Shown here: positions 1 through 12,088 of the stretch, piece after piece
How the letters are laid out: each line of letters opens with the position of its first letter
Numbering within the stretch: position 1 is the stretch's first letter
NCBI GenBank assembly: GCA_000004695.1
Contig: CM000151.3
Span: 8,384,001 to 8,448,000, forward strand
DNA length: 64,000 bases
DNA from: Dictyostelium discoideum
Lineage: Eukaryota
Direction: 5' to 3'
The notes under the pieces: model-generated
Told to the model about the DNA's origin: nothing
The model's database searches: none
The model's input: only the letters and a program-made list of their open reading frames with translations
Position numbers and translations under genes: made by a program

Positions 1-1404
1 GAAAATGAAATTGAAGAGTTATTATTAAAGTTTATATCAATTTCATTGATTAAAGAAAATCCTTCTTATCATTCATTGATTAGATATTCTTTAAAGAGAT
101 TTTTCATTTATTATTTAGGTATTGAAAAGAATGTTTTCCTTTCAACAGAGATGCATACAATTGGTGCTTTACAAGATGATAATCAAACTAATGGTACTCA
201 ATTGGATTTATTACCAGATGGTAGTTTAGCAAATAATGCAAATAACAATAGTTCAAATAAAGATAGAGCAATTAAAACTGCAAAGATTGCAGGTGCCGCT
301 GTAACTGGTGCTGTTTTGGTTGGTATGACTGGTGGTTTAGCTGCACCTTTTATTGGTATGATGTTAAATTTCGTTGGTGCTGGTAGTATTGTTGCTGGTA
401 TAACGGGTGCAACTGGTTTAAGTAGTGCTACAATGTTATCAGTTATTTTTGGTGCTGCTGGTGCTAAAGTCTCTGCCGGTGCTATGATTTCTGCAACTAG
501 TGGTATTAAAGATTATCAAATTCATAAGATTAAAAGTCAAACTTCATTACATGCAATCATTGGTGTCTATGGTATTTGTAATGATATGGGTGGTGTTTCA
601 GATTATTATCAAACCAAATCTGTATGGGATAGAGTCATTAGATCGGTAACCGATGATTATGGTGATATTTTCATTGTTGAATGGGAAAAGGAAGTAATGT
701 TAAAATTAAAACAATTGGTATCAGAATATCAAGGGACCATCGTTCAAGGAGTTATTAGATCCGCTGCAACCAATATTATCTCTCAATCTTTAGCATCTGC
801 ATTGGTACCATTATCAGTTTTAAAAGCTGCATCAGTTTTAGATAATCCATGGTCATTATTAAAAGATCGTTCAGAAAAGGCAGGAAAAGTATTGGCTCAA
901 CAAATTATTGATGGTTATTTTGGAAATAGACCATTGACTTTGGTTTCAACATCAATGGGATCAAGAATGGTTTTCTATGCTTTGGAGGAACTTTATAATC
1001 AGTCTTTAACTAATCCAAAAATCTATTCACTCATTGAATCGGTTGTTTTCATTGGTTCACCAATAACATCGGATCAAAAACGTTGGAGTAAAATTTTAAG
1101 ATTAATAAGTGGCCGTATGGTTAATTGTTATACACCCAATGATTTACTCTTAAAATATGTTTGTCGTTCAATCAATTGTTTATCCGATGGTATTTTACCT
1201 GCTGCTGGTGTTGCACCAATTCATATACCTGGCTCAAGTTTAGTAATTGAAAATGTTGATCTTTCAAATCTTGTTAAAAGTCATTTAGATTATGAAAAAG
1301 AAGAAATACTTTGTAAAATTTTACAACATATTGATATTAATAATATTAAATATTGTTTACCAAAAATTTCACCATTATATAGTGGTAAGGTTTATGATAT
1401 TTAA
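1..1404 (+). CDS. DUF726/TMCO4-like membrane protein (putative alpha/beta-hydrolase fold), 5'-partial
   Basis: Frame-1 reading frame is open from nt 1, so the gene starts upstream of the window; the track lists only the Met-initiated part 46..1404. Gly/Ala-rich predicted TM helices (GAAVTGAVLVGMTGGLAAPFIGMMLNFVGAGSIVAGITGATG) are followed by a hydrolase-like core with a nucleophile-elbow-like STSMGSRMVFYALEEL, as in the DUF726 family. Stop TAA at 1402-1404. Confidence 0.55.
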   Translation, partial: ENEIEELLLKFISISLIKENPSYHSLIRYSLKRFFIYYLGIEKNVFLSTEMHTIGALQDDNQTNGTQLDLLPDGSLANNANNNSSNKDRAIKTAKIAGAAVTGAVLVGMTGGLAAPFIGMMLNFVGAGSIVAGITGATGLSSATMLSVIFGAAGAKVSAGAMISATSGIKDYQIHKIKSQTSLHAIIGVYGICNDMGGVSDYYQTKSVWDRVIRSVTDDYGDIFIVEWEKEVMLKLKQLVSEYQGTIVQGVIRSAATNIISQSLASALVPLSVLKAASVLDNPWSLLKDRSEKAGKVLAQQIIDGYFGNRPLTLVSTSMGSRMVFYALEELYNQSLTNPKIYSLIESVVFIGSPITSDQKRWSKILRLISGRMVNCYTPNDLLLKYVCRSINCLSDGILPAAGVAPIHIPGSSLVIENVDLSNLVKSHLDYEKEEILCKILQHIDINNIKYCLPKISPLYSGKVYDI

Positions 1405-1797
1405 AATTAAAAAATAAAATTAAAATTATTATTATTTAAAAATGTTTTTTTTTTTTTTTTTTTTTAAAAAAAAGAATAAAGAAATAATAAAATAATCTTT
1501 TTTTAAATAATCACTTTATTTTAAATTCTTATTAATTCAAATAAATTATATTGTCTACAATAACATATTTTTATCTTTTTTGTTATTTTTTTTTTTTTTA
1601 ATCAAAAATCTTTAAAATATAATAATATTGGAATCTATTTGAAAATCAGTTTGTTTTAGTAATTTTTTAAATAAAAAAATTTGATATTAAAATGAATTCA
1701 TTGTAATTTTTAGAATTTATTTATATATATTTTTAAAAAAAAAAAAATAAAAGAAAAAAATTTTATATATTTATATTATTTGTATTTTGTTTTTTTT

Positions 1798-3691
1798 TTA
1801 AAAATTTAAAGAATTAATTAAATCATCGCTTGTATGATTTGGAATTGTAACTTTTAAAGATGGATCTAATTCCATTGCTCTTTTAATTGTATTTTCAGCG
1901 TTATCATTATATGACCAAGAACGACGAGCAATACCATTATTAACATCCCAATTTAACATCATTCTAGCTTTTTCTTCTTGTAATTTACTACCACATAAAT
2001 AGAGACCAAAACCACCATTGATAGCTTCACCAAAACCTGTACCACCACCATTATGAATGGCAACCCAAGTTGCACCTCTAAATGAATCACCAATAACATT
2101 ATGAATAGCCATATCAGCACAAAATTGGGAACCATCTTTAATGTTTGAAGTTTCTCTCCATGGTGCATCAGTACCAGAGACATCATGATGATCTCTACTA
2201 ATTACGACTGGAGCTGATAATGTACCATCGGCAACAGCTTTATTGAAAGCAACTGCTAATTCTGAACGACCAATACAATCACTATAAAGGATACGAGCTT
2301 GTGAACCAACAACTAATTTATGTTCACCTGCTTGACTAATCCAAAGATGATTATCATTAAATTGTTGTTGAACATTCTTTGGTACACCTGGTTGAGATCT
2401 TAATTTTTCAATTAATTCTTTGGCGATACGATCGGTGATTTCTAAATCCTTTGGATTGCCACTGGTACAAACCCAACGGAATGGACCAAAACCCAATGAA
2501 AATATATCACCCATAATATCTTGTACATAGGATGGATAAATGAATTCTTTACCATCTGTGCCTGGTTTAATAATGTCAGCTTTTGCTCTTGATGCCTCTA
2601 ATAGGAAAGAGTTACCATAATCCCAGAATTTCATACCACGTGCAGAGAGTGCATTGATTGCAGTGGTATGTCTTCTAAGGGTTTCTTGTACCATCTCTTT
2701 GAATTTAGTAGGTTCTTGAACCATGAGACGATTTGATTCTTCAAACGAACATTGTACTGGATAATAACCACCATTGAATGGATTGTGTAATGAAGTTTGA
2801 TCTGAACCTAAATCCACAGTAATATCTTTCTCTTCTACTAATTTTTCCCAAAGTGTAACGACATTACCTTGATAAGCTATTGAAAGTGGTTTCTTTTCTT
2901 TACTGCAACTCTAACCCCGAGCAAATAATTCATTTAAATCTGAATATACCTCCATAACCCAATTTTGAGCGTGTCTCTTTTTAACTGCAGCTGGACTAAC
3001 CTCTGCAACAATACAAATTGCACCACAGATGTAGGCAGCTTTAGTTTGAGCACCACTCATACCACCCAAACCTGATGAAACAAATACTTTACCAATGAGT
3101 GATTCAACACCTAAATATTTTCTACCAGCATTTAATAGAGTGATGGTTGTACCATGTACAATACCTTGTGGACCAATGTAACAATAGCTTCCAGCAGTCA
3201 TTTGACCGTATTGTGTAACACCTTGTGCATACATACGTTCATAATCTTTATGGGAGGAATAATTTGGAATCACCATACCATTGGTAACGATAACACGTGG
3301 TGAACTTTCATTTGATGGGAATAAACCCATTGGATGACCACTATACATTGTTAGGGTTTGTTGATCTGTCATCTCTGAAAGATATTTCATGGTTAAATGA
3401 TATTGTGCCCAATTTTGAAAAACACTACCATTACCACCATAGGTTACCAATTCATTTGGAAATTGTGCAACCTCTCTATCTAAATTATTCATAATCATTA
3501 ACATAATCGATGCTGCTTGTCTTGATTTTGCTGGATATTCTTCAATTGGATATGCTTTCATCTCATAATGAGTTGGTCTAAATCTATACATATAAATATG
3601 TCCATATTTATTTAATTCTTCTAAAAATTCATTTGCTAAAATTGAATGTAATGAATTTGGGAAATATCTTAATGAATTTTTAATTGCTAAC

Positions 3692-3722
<31 letters not shown>

Positions 3723-3972
3723 AGATAAATAATAATAATAATAATAACAAATTTAAAAATAAAATAAAAAAAATTAAAAATTAAAAAGCGTGTTAGTTTT
3801 TTAAAATTTTAAATATTTAATAAAAGATATTTTAAATTTTTACCTTTTTTTCGTTTAATGTTAAATTAATTGGACGACCTGGAGCATGTGGTACAGTTGA
3901 ATCTAATCCTGGGTGCTCTGGTAATGGCTCAAAAGGAATACCTTTTGATAATGATGATAATAAATCTTTCAT
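1798..3972 (-). CDS. uroc1: urocanate hydratase (urocanase), 3 exons on minus strand, interrupted by one in-frame TAG
   Basis: Minus-strand exon 1 is 3972..3844 (MKDLLSSLSKGIPFEPLPEHPGLDSTVPHAPGRPINLTLNEKK, donor GTAAAA). The 153-nt AT-rich intron 3843..3691 ends in AG. Exon 2 starts at 3690 (LAIKNSLRYFPNS...MYRFRPTHYEM...) and is colinear with bacterial HutU (GLGGMSGAQ NAD-site motif, GDSFRGATWVAIHNGGGTGFG C-terminal region) down to stop 1800..1798. The frame contains a single TAG at 2913..2911 between ...LNELFARG and SCSKEKKPLSIAYQGN...; both flanks align gaplessly to urocanase. Confidence 0.85.
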
Positions 3973-4209
3973 TCTTAATTAACTATGTTTAATATTTCAA
4001 ATAATGCTTGGTATCGAAAAAAGAAAAAAAAAAAAAAAAAAATGAATGATTTTTATGAAATTTCCAAACGAAAAAAAAAATAAAAAAAAAAAAAAAATAT
4101 AAAAAAAATTAATTATTTTTATTTTTCTTTATAAAAAATAATTTTAAAATAATTTTAAAATAATATTAAAACTAACCCCAAACACACATTTTATTATGTC
4201 GTTTGAATA

Positions 4210-4248
<39 letters not shown>

Positions 4249-4781
4249 CATGAAATATAAAAAAAAATAATTATTTTTAAATAAAAAAAAAATAAAAAAA
4301 AAATAATATTTTTGTTGACGAAATTAATTTAATACTAATTATAATTTTATTTGTTTTTAAGAGTATAAAATAAACCTATACCAATAATTAAAAAAATTAA
4401 ATATTTTGGTAATTTCGATTGGATATAGTAAATAAAAATATTAAAATAAAAATTAATTTAAATTTTGGTGGTTTCAAAATTTTATTTTAAATAATATTTT
4501 AAATAATATTTTAATAAAATTGTTTTAAAAATTAAAAAATTAAAATTAATTTGGGGCATTAAATAATATGAATTTGGCAAGAATTGAACGCTTGACCAGT
4601 TTATAGTTATGAGCAATTCTCAATAAAGAAATATTGAAAAAATTTTGTATTCATTTAATTATTTTTAAACTAATCAAAATTATTTAGTTAAATTATTGAA
4701 ATCCAATTCAAAAAAAAGTTAAATTATTGAAATTAAAATATAATAAATAAAGAAAATAATGGATTAATTTTCAATTAAAAT

Positions 4782-4817
<36 letters not shown>

Positions 4818-5167
4818 CGTGATAATTCAATGGAAAAATCAATTCACATTCAGGTTTTCTTTGTTTAGGAATATCAAAAATAAAAAAAAAAAACAAAAAA
4901 AATCGTTAGACAATTATTTTAATTTTTTTAAAATATAGATTTAAAAGCTGTTGTTGATATTTAGATTTTTTTTCTTTTATTTTTCACATTATTAAAAATT
5001 TAATAGAAAAAAAATATTAGGATATTTTCTACTTTTTTTTTTTCTAACAGAATTTTCTGCTCATATGTTTCAGTATCGGGTGAAAATCAAAAAGAATTTA
5101 AAATAAAAAAAATAGATTTTATTTTTGCGAGCTGTTAAACAATTCCCACTTTTTGTTATATGTTATG

Positions 5168-5204
<37 letters not shown>

Positions 5205-5300
5205 CGGTTGGCTGATTTTTTTTTTTTTTTTTTTTTTTTAATAATTTTATAATTTTATAATTTTAATCATTTCTGAAATATTAAATAAATAAAAAATAAA

Positions 5301-6209
5301 ATGAGATTAAGCGGTATTCTTTTATTATTATCAGCATTTGCAGGTATTATCAACTCACAATATGTTTTAGTTGAAGAGTTCCAATACCAAGGTGGCAGTT
5401 GCTCTGGTTCACAATCATCAATTGATTCACAATCATCATTCGATTCACAATCATCATGGGGTTCACAATCATCATGGGGTTCACAATCATCATGGGGTTC
5501 ACAATCATCATGGGCCTCACAATCATCATGGGGTTCATCAGATTCATCAAACTTTTTAACAGCATCTGAATCATCAGGTGAAGCATGTCCATCTTCTTCA
5601 ATTGGTGGTAATATCGTTCAAGAAGGTGTTTGCTTCTATTATGCTGATAGATTACCATCAATTTATACCGTCTCTGGTGATAACATTGTTCAAACATTTT
5701 ATAATCAAACTGATTATAATTGTGAAGGTAATTTTTTTTTTTTTTTTTTTTTTTCTCTTCATTAAACTTTAAACTAATATTTATTTTTATTTTTATTTAT
5801 TTATTATTTTAAAATAGGTAAACCAATTGATACTGTTACCGCAGTTAGTGGTGACTGTTACTCTGCATGTAACCAAGGTACTGGTATTACATTCCAATTA
5901 TCAGCAGTTGCAACTCCAGTTATTCCAACTACCAATACAATTGTAGAAGCTGTTTACACTGGTGAATGTAATGGTAATTATAAGAATTCATTCGTTTCAG
6001 TCTATTACAAATCATTAAATACTTGTAATGATAATGTTGTTGCACAACAAGGTACCTTTTCATTTGAAATCTCTTGTAACTCAACTTCATCAGCTGTTAC
6101 TATCTTTGGAAATGATGACTGTGGTGGTAGCCCAGTTTACTCTTTACACGAACCAATGGTCAACCAATGTGGTGATCAATATAATGTCATTGAAGTTTGT
6201 TACAATTAA
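5301..6209 (+). CDS. secreted Cys-rich protein with Ser-rich SQSSWG repeats (same family as 58320/59492/60919 genes), 2 exons
   Basis: Signal peptide MRLSGILLLLSAFAGIINSQ. Exon 1 is 5301..5727, ending ...YNCEG with a phase-1 donor GTAATT; the intron 5728..5817 is AT-rich; exon 2 is 5818..6209 (392 nt), beginning G|GKPIDTVTAVSGDCYSAC and ending ...NQCGDQYNVIEVCYN*. The Cys pattern (CxxxxC...EGVC...NCxG|G...ECxGxW/Y...CN...CNSTSS...C) is shared with the 58-62 kb cluster. Confidence 0.75.
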
Positions 6210-6712
6210 ATTATTGTAAAATTAATCTAAAAAATTTCAATCAAATAAAATTAATATTTAATTTATTTTATTAAACTAAATTATTATTATTATTATTTTT
6301 AATTTTTTTTTTTTTATAAAATGGTAAAACTGGAAAATTTTGGAAAAACAATTTTTTATAAAATGGTGTTTCAAACTCTACATGTAATTCATTATTAAGT
6401 AAAATCAATGTTTTTTGTATGAAATCTGTGTCATAAATAAAAATAAAAAAAAAAAGTTCAAAAAAAAAAATAAAAAAGTTGATTTTTTTTTTTTTTTTTC
6501 ATTTGATAAAATTTATTGATCACGCATAAAAGAAATGTTTTGTGTAAGAAATATATTAGATTTTTTTTTTTTTTTTGATATTTTTTCTATTAACAAAATA
6601 AAATAAAAAATATCTTTTTTTTGAAGATATTTTATGAAACACAATACTCTTTCACAATATTTTTTTTTATTTTTTTCTTTCTTTTTTAATTTACATACAC
6701 ATGCACTAAATT

Positions 6713-8199
6713 TTGAAAATGAATAAAATTATAATATTAATAATAATATTATTTTTTAAATTTATTCAAAGTCAAATAGATATTATAGAAATTAAATCAG
6801 ATAATACACTCTATATAAAAAATCCAGAAAAATCAAAATCAGATTTTTGTAGTTTCTCTTTTACGTATCTAACAATTTTCCCAGAACCTAAATTTGAAAC
6901 TGAAGGATCTATAATAGGTATTTTCGAAAATGCCCCATTTACTCAATTATATTTACTAGCAAATGATACATGTTCTCTTAATGAATATATTATTCCAAAG
7001 ATTACTTTTGGTAATTATGTTTTTTCTGTAAAATCAAACTCAACATCAGGTGAAAAATTTTTATCTACTTATTTTTCATGTGAACGTATGTGTATTAATA
7101 ATTATTAAATAAAATAAATAAATAAATTAATAAATATTTTATTAAAATAAAATGTTTACTCTTTTTTATAGCAATTGATGTTTCAAAATTAAAATTTTCA
7201 TTTACCCCATATCCAATATCTCTAAGACATACACCTTATCAAAAGGGTGTTTTGAGAATTGTTGGATTAAATAGCTCATGCTCTTTAGAAAGTATACCTT
7301 ATTATCAATTACAAGATACTGGATTTGGTTATTATTATATACCAAACTTTAATGATTTTTCTTTGAATGATGAAAATGCAACTTTTCTTTTTTTTAATTC
7401 AAGTTATACAATGACAATTCCAACAATTTATAAAAGTAATTATACTATTTTTAATAAATCTTGTAAAAAAAAAAAAAAAAATAATAATAATTATTTATTT
7501 TTAGATTATAGTAATATTATTGGTGAAATAAAACCATATCCAAATAAGGATAATGTAATTAAATTAGGAAAGTATCAAGGCCCATTCTTTACATTTCAAA
7601 CTTATTTTAGTTCAGATGATACTCCATATTTTATAATAAAACCAGATTTTTCTCCTCCAGTTTTATTATATGGATCAGAGATAAATAATAGTTACACATA
7701 TGCAAATACTCAATCATTTGGTAATTTCAATGCATCTTTATACTCTCAAAAATTTAGTGAAGTAGTAAATGTTTATAATTTTCTTAAAAATGTTAAACGT
7801 GAGTATTGTTTAATTAAAAAAAAAAAAAAAAATAATAATAAAAAATTAATTATATTTTTTTATTTTTATTATTTTAGAATATAATTTGAGTGTTATGCCT
7901 TCAAGTGCAGATATATCATATAAAAATATTGGTAATTTTTCATTATTTACTATTGAAATTACAAATTCAGACCATTATGATTTCAGTAAATATGTTTATA
8001 TGATTAATTCATTTAGCTCTCCTTTATTGCAATGGCCTTATGGTTTTCTTAGTGGAAATAATAATAAGTATAATTTTCAAATAAGAGGTTTCAACTTACC
8101 CATACCAATGACTCAAACTTCTTCTTTTGTCAATATTAATTTTTTAAATAGTAACGGTATAACCCTTGGTATAAATTATAATACTATTGGTATGTGTTT

Positions 8200-8249
<50 letters not shown>

Positions 8250-8627
8250 ATTTAAATTCTAAACTTTTTTTTTACCAAATAAAAGAACCAGGATTTACAG
8301 AAATTGTAATGTTTAATTTTTCTCATTTATTTGACTCTACATATATTTTTAGAATAACAGTAAAACAAAATGGTGAAAATCTAGCAATCAAAGAGATTTT
8401 ATTAGGAACTCGATCATTTTCTTTCGATAAAATGATACCTGGTGGTAATAAAACTTTTGCAACATTTGAAATTGTTTATGATTATAGAAATGAATATTTT
8501 GAAACTATTGCTTTAGTAAATTCTCTTAATTTAATAAACACTTACCATAATGGTGATTGGTATTCAATTAATCCAATGTTACAACTTAAATTTCCGAATT
8601 TAAATGGTTAGTTATTTAGTTATTTAG

Positions 8628-8698
<71 letters not shown>

Positions 8699-8716
8699 TA
8701 TATTTTAATATTAATT

Positions 8717-8753
<37 letters not shown>

Positions 8754-11307
8754 GAAATTGATATCTTTTCAATAAAAGATATATCGTTTTTATATAATAA
8801 TGTTATAGTTTCAAATGAAAATGTATCAAATATAATTTATTTTAATATTTCAAATTTAGATAGTCACAATATACCTATATTTTCAATGAAATTAAATGAT
8901 CCAGTTTCAGAGAAAAATTTGAAATATTATTATTCAACATGGAGTGATAAATTGAAAATGTTTCAAATTGAATTCTTTATTCCTGCAAATACTTTATCAG
9001 GTATCTTACCTTATATTTTATTTTTATCACATACAGTACTTCTTAAAAGTTCTATTTTATCTTCTCAATTATATATAAAATCAAAATGTATGTATTTTTA
9101 AATAAAAAAAAAAAATAAATAAAAAAAACTAATTTTATATTTTTATAGATTTAGATAGTTATGGACCAATATTTAGTGAATTTAAAAATAAAACAATTAA
9201 CAGTACAACATTTGGATGGGAATTTTATATTGAAGATTCAATTAATGGATTTGATCATGGTGAAATTATAGTTAGAGGTGATTTAGATAGTTCGATTTAT
9301 AAATTTCAAATTTCATCATTAAATAATTTATTAATTGGTAATAAATATAGAGGAAAATATGAAATATTAATTAATTTACAAACTAATGTTTGTGCATCAC
9401 AAAATTATATAATAACAAATGTAAATTTATATGATACACAATCGAATTTAGCAACTTTTTCAAAATTAGATAATAATCAACAAATATCATATAAAACACC
9501 ATTTATAAATTATATGGATAATCCAGATATTTTAAAACATTTTAAAGATTGTGGAAACTATGAAGATGTAACACCACCAAAAGTAAACCATTTTGAAATG
9601 AAAAAGAATGGTAGTGAAATACTAGTATTTGATATATTGGTTGAAGATATTGAATCTGGTTTAAAGTATGACCAATATCCAATTGTATATTTAACAAGTG
9701 AATATTTAGATGTGGTTGAATGTATTTCAGAAATTATATCAATTAATTCAACCAATGCTAAATATAGATGTGAAATGAAGGTACCATATGGGTTTGGCTA
9801 TGGTTGTGGTGTATTAGTTGGTGTTTATGGTTTTATTAATAATGGAGGTTTTTATTCAGGTTTTGAAGAAAATTATGATGGTTCAATCATGGATTATAGT
9901 ATTTATCCAAATTTGGTAATTACCAATACAAGTTCTATAACTTCCAATGGTGATGGTAGTTTATGGATAATGGGTAGTGGATTCAATGGTTATATCAATG
10001 TTAAAGTTTATTATTCTGATACCAAATTAACGCCACCATCAGATAATTTGTCACCAATAATTATTTATTATTCAGCACTAATCATTACAGGATTAAAAGC
10101 AACTGATAAACCATTTACTATTCAAATTGAAATGACTAAAAGTTCAGAAACATATCTATCAAATATTTATACAGTTAATCCAGTTGTATTTGATTATAGT
10201 TATGTTGAACCAACAACAACACCATTACCAACAACTCCACCACAAAAATGTATAGGTTCACCAGAATGTGGTGGTTCAGGTCATGGTTATTGTAATGGGT
10301 TACAAGGATGTATATGTTATTCGCCATGGGTTGGATTGGGTTGTACTTCAAAAGTTGTAGTTATACCACCACCAAAATTAAATTCAACAACACCAACATC
10401 TGAATTACCAGTATTAGGTGAAGGTGAAAATAATAATAATAATAATAATTCAACAAATATATTATTTAAATCATTAATATCAATTGTATCATTAAGAGAA
10501 TTAAATTTTCAAGGTAATGTTGTAAATGAATTTAAATTTGAAAAATGGATTTATTCAGAAATCAATTCAAATAAACATCAATATTTTACAAATATTTCAG
10601 TATCACCAACAGTAAACTTTTTAACAACAAGTACTACTGATATTAAAGTAACAATTCAATGGTTCCCAAATCAAACTACAATAGAATTTGCTAATCAATC
10701 ATTAATAATGAATCCATCAACTGTTAAATATACAATTGAAGTTGGTAGTTATAATTTTAAGAATAAATTAAATCAACTTCAATTAGTTTTATCAGCATCA
10801 ATGGATTCAAGTAATACTAACAACATTTGTTCAAAATCTGAATTTGGTAATACAAATTCTGCAGACAATTCAAATTATGTTAAAATTCAAGTTGATAATC
10901 ATTCATTGTATGGTAGATTTATAAAGAGAGCGATAATTGATTCTCAAGTGATATCAATTGAAAATGAACAATTAGATTCTTCAATGAATCCGATTAATAA
11001 TGGATCATCATCCCAATCATTCATTGGTATTACAATTCCATATTATTTATATAATATAATACTTGATCCTGATTTCTCTGTATTAATAGATAGTAAAAAA
11101 GTTTCATCAAATGATGAAAACTCAATTTGTTCAAAATCATCATCAAATTCATCACTGACTGTTTCTCAATTAGCTGGTATCATTATAGCTTCTGCCGTCA
11201 TATTTTTAAGTATTTGTGCAGCTTTAATATTTATTTTAATTAAAAAAAGAAAACATACATTATTATTAATAATGGCAAAAGATATAGTTTTAAAAAGAAA
11301 GAAATAA
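6713..11307 (+). CDS. large multi-exon type-I membrane glycoprotein, IPT/TIG-like + EGF-like + TM (Tgr-like), paralogue A
   Basis: Signal peptide MKMNKIIILIIILFFKFIQSQ. At least 6 exons are joined by phase-1 GTATGT/GTGAGT/GTTAGT donors and (T)nAG acceptors, at approximately 6713-7086, 7171-7793, 7870-8195, 8280-8599, 8751-9087 and 9149-11307. The last exon encodes an IPT/TIG-like stretch (PNLVITNTSSITSNGDGSLWIMGSGFNGYINVKV), an EGF-like module CIGSPECGGSGHGYCNGLQGCICYSPWVGLGC, a TM helix LAGIIIASAVIFLSICAALIFILI and a basic tail KKRKH...; stop at 11305-11307. Many N-glycosylation sequons. Confidence 0.7.
8611..8698. repeat. (TTATTTAG)2-(ATTT)n microsatellite inside an intron of paralogue A
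   Basis: About 17 perfect ATTT units, read directly. Confidence 0.9.
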
Positions 11308-11973
11308 ATAAATTAATTTTATTTTTGAAAACTAATAAAAAAAAAATAAAAAAAAAAAAAAAAAAGAAATGACCTAAAACCACATTTAGTATTCAAAATT
11401 ATCTTTTTAAATTTACTAAAAAAAATATATATAATATAACAATATTTTTTTTTTTTTTTTTTTTTTTTATTAATATTACTAATATCACACTCACAAAATA
11501 ATAATAAAACCATAAAAAAGTACATACCAAAAAAAAAAAAAAAAATAAATAAAACAACCAAATAATTTAAAAAAGTTGTTTTTTTTTTTGGTTATGAAAA
11601 TAGATCATTGATCTTTCTTTTATTTTTTTTTATATATTTTCTCATTTTTTTGTACTTTTCTTTGAAAAAATAAAAAATATATCAGATTTTTAAGTAAGTC
11701 CTCAGAATGTGCAAAGAACCACAAAAAAATTTTGAAAAGTGTAAAGAAAATTACTGGTTTCATATTTTTAAATAAAAATTGAAAATACCCATAAAAAAAA
11801 ACCCCATAAAATATCCAAAGATATTTTTTTAAAAATTATTAAAAAAACATTTTTTTTGAGAACCGCATTCTTTTCTTTTCACTTCATTTTTCAATCCTTT
11901 TTTTTTTTATTTTTAAATTTTGATATAAAAAAAAATTTTATTTTATTTTTACCAAAATGATTTCATAAATATG

Positions 11974-12048
<75 letters not shown>

Positions 12049-12084
12049 AATAAATAAAATAAATAAATAAAATAAATAAATAAA
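11974..12084. repeat. (AAAT)n microsatellite immediately upstream of paralogue B start codon
   Basis: About 25 AAAT units with occasional AAAAT, ending 4 nt before ATG 12089. Confidence 0.9.
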
Positions 12085-12088
12085 AAAA

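Noticed and set aside
1959-3494. ORFs 1959..2186(-) and 3297..3494(+)
   Set aside because: Inside the urocanase gene, in an alternate frame or antisense to well-conserved coding sequence.
4540-4640. Moderately GC-rich patch (GGGGCATTAAATAATATGAATTTGGCAAGAATTGAACGCTTGACCAGTTTATAGTTATGAGCAATTC) considered as a tRNA or other small RNA
   Set aside because: No cloverleaf: no B-box GGTTCGANNCC, no acceptor-stem complementarity, no anticodon-loop context. Left unannotated.
6028-6219. ORF 6028..6219(+)
   Set aside because: Alternate frame inside exon 2 of the 5301 Cys-rich gene.
7462-7504. Candidate intron GTAAAAAAAA...TTTTTAG inside exon 2 of paralogue A (poly-Lys codon run)
   Set aside because: Only 43 nt, well below the usual minimal intron length of 60-70 nt for this type of genome. 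The segment is in frame and reads as a KKKKKNNNN low-complexity stretch; treated as coding.
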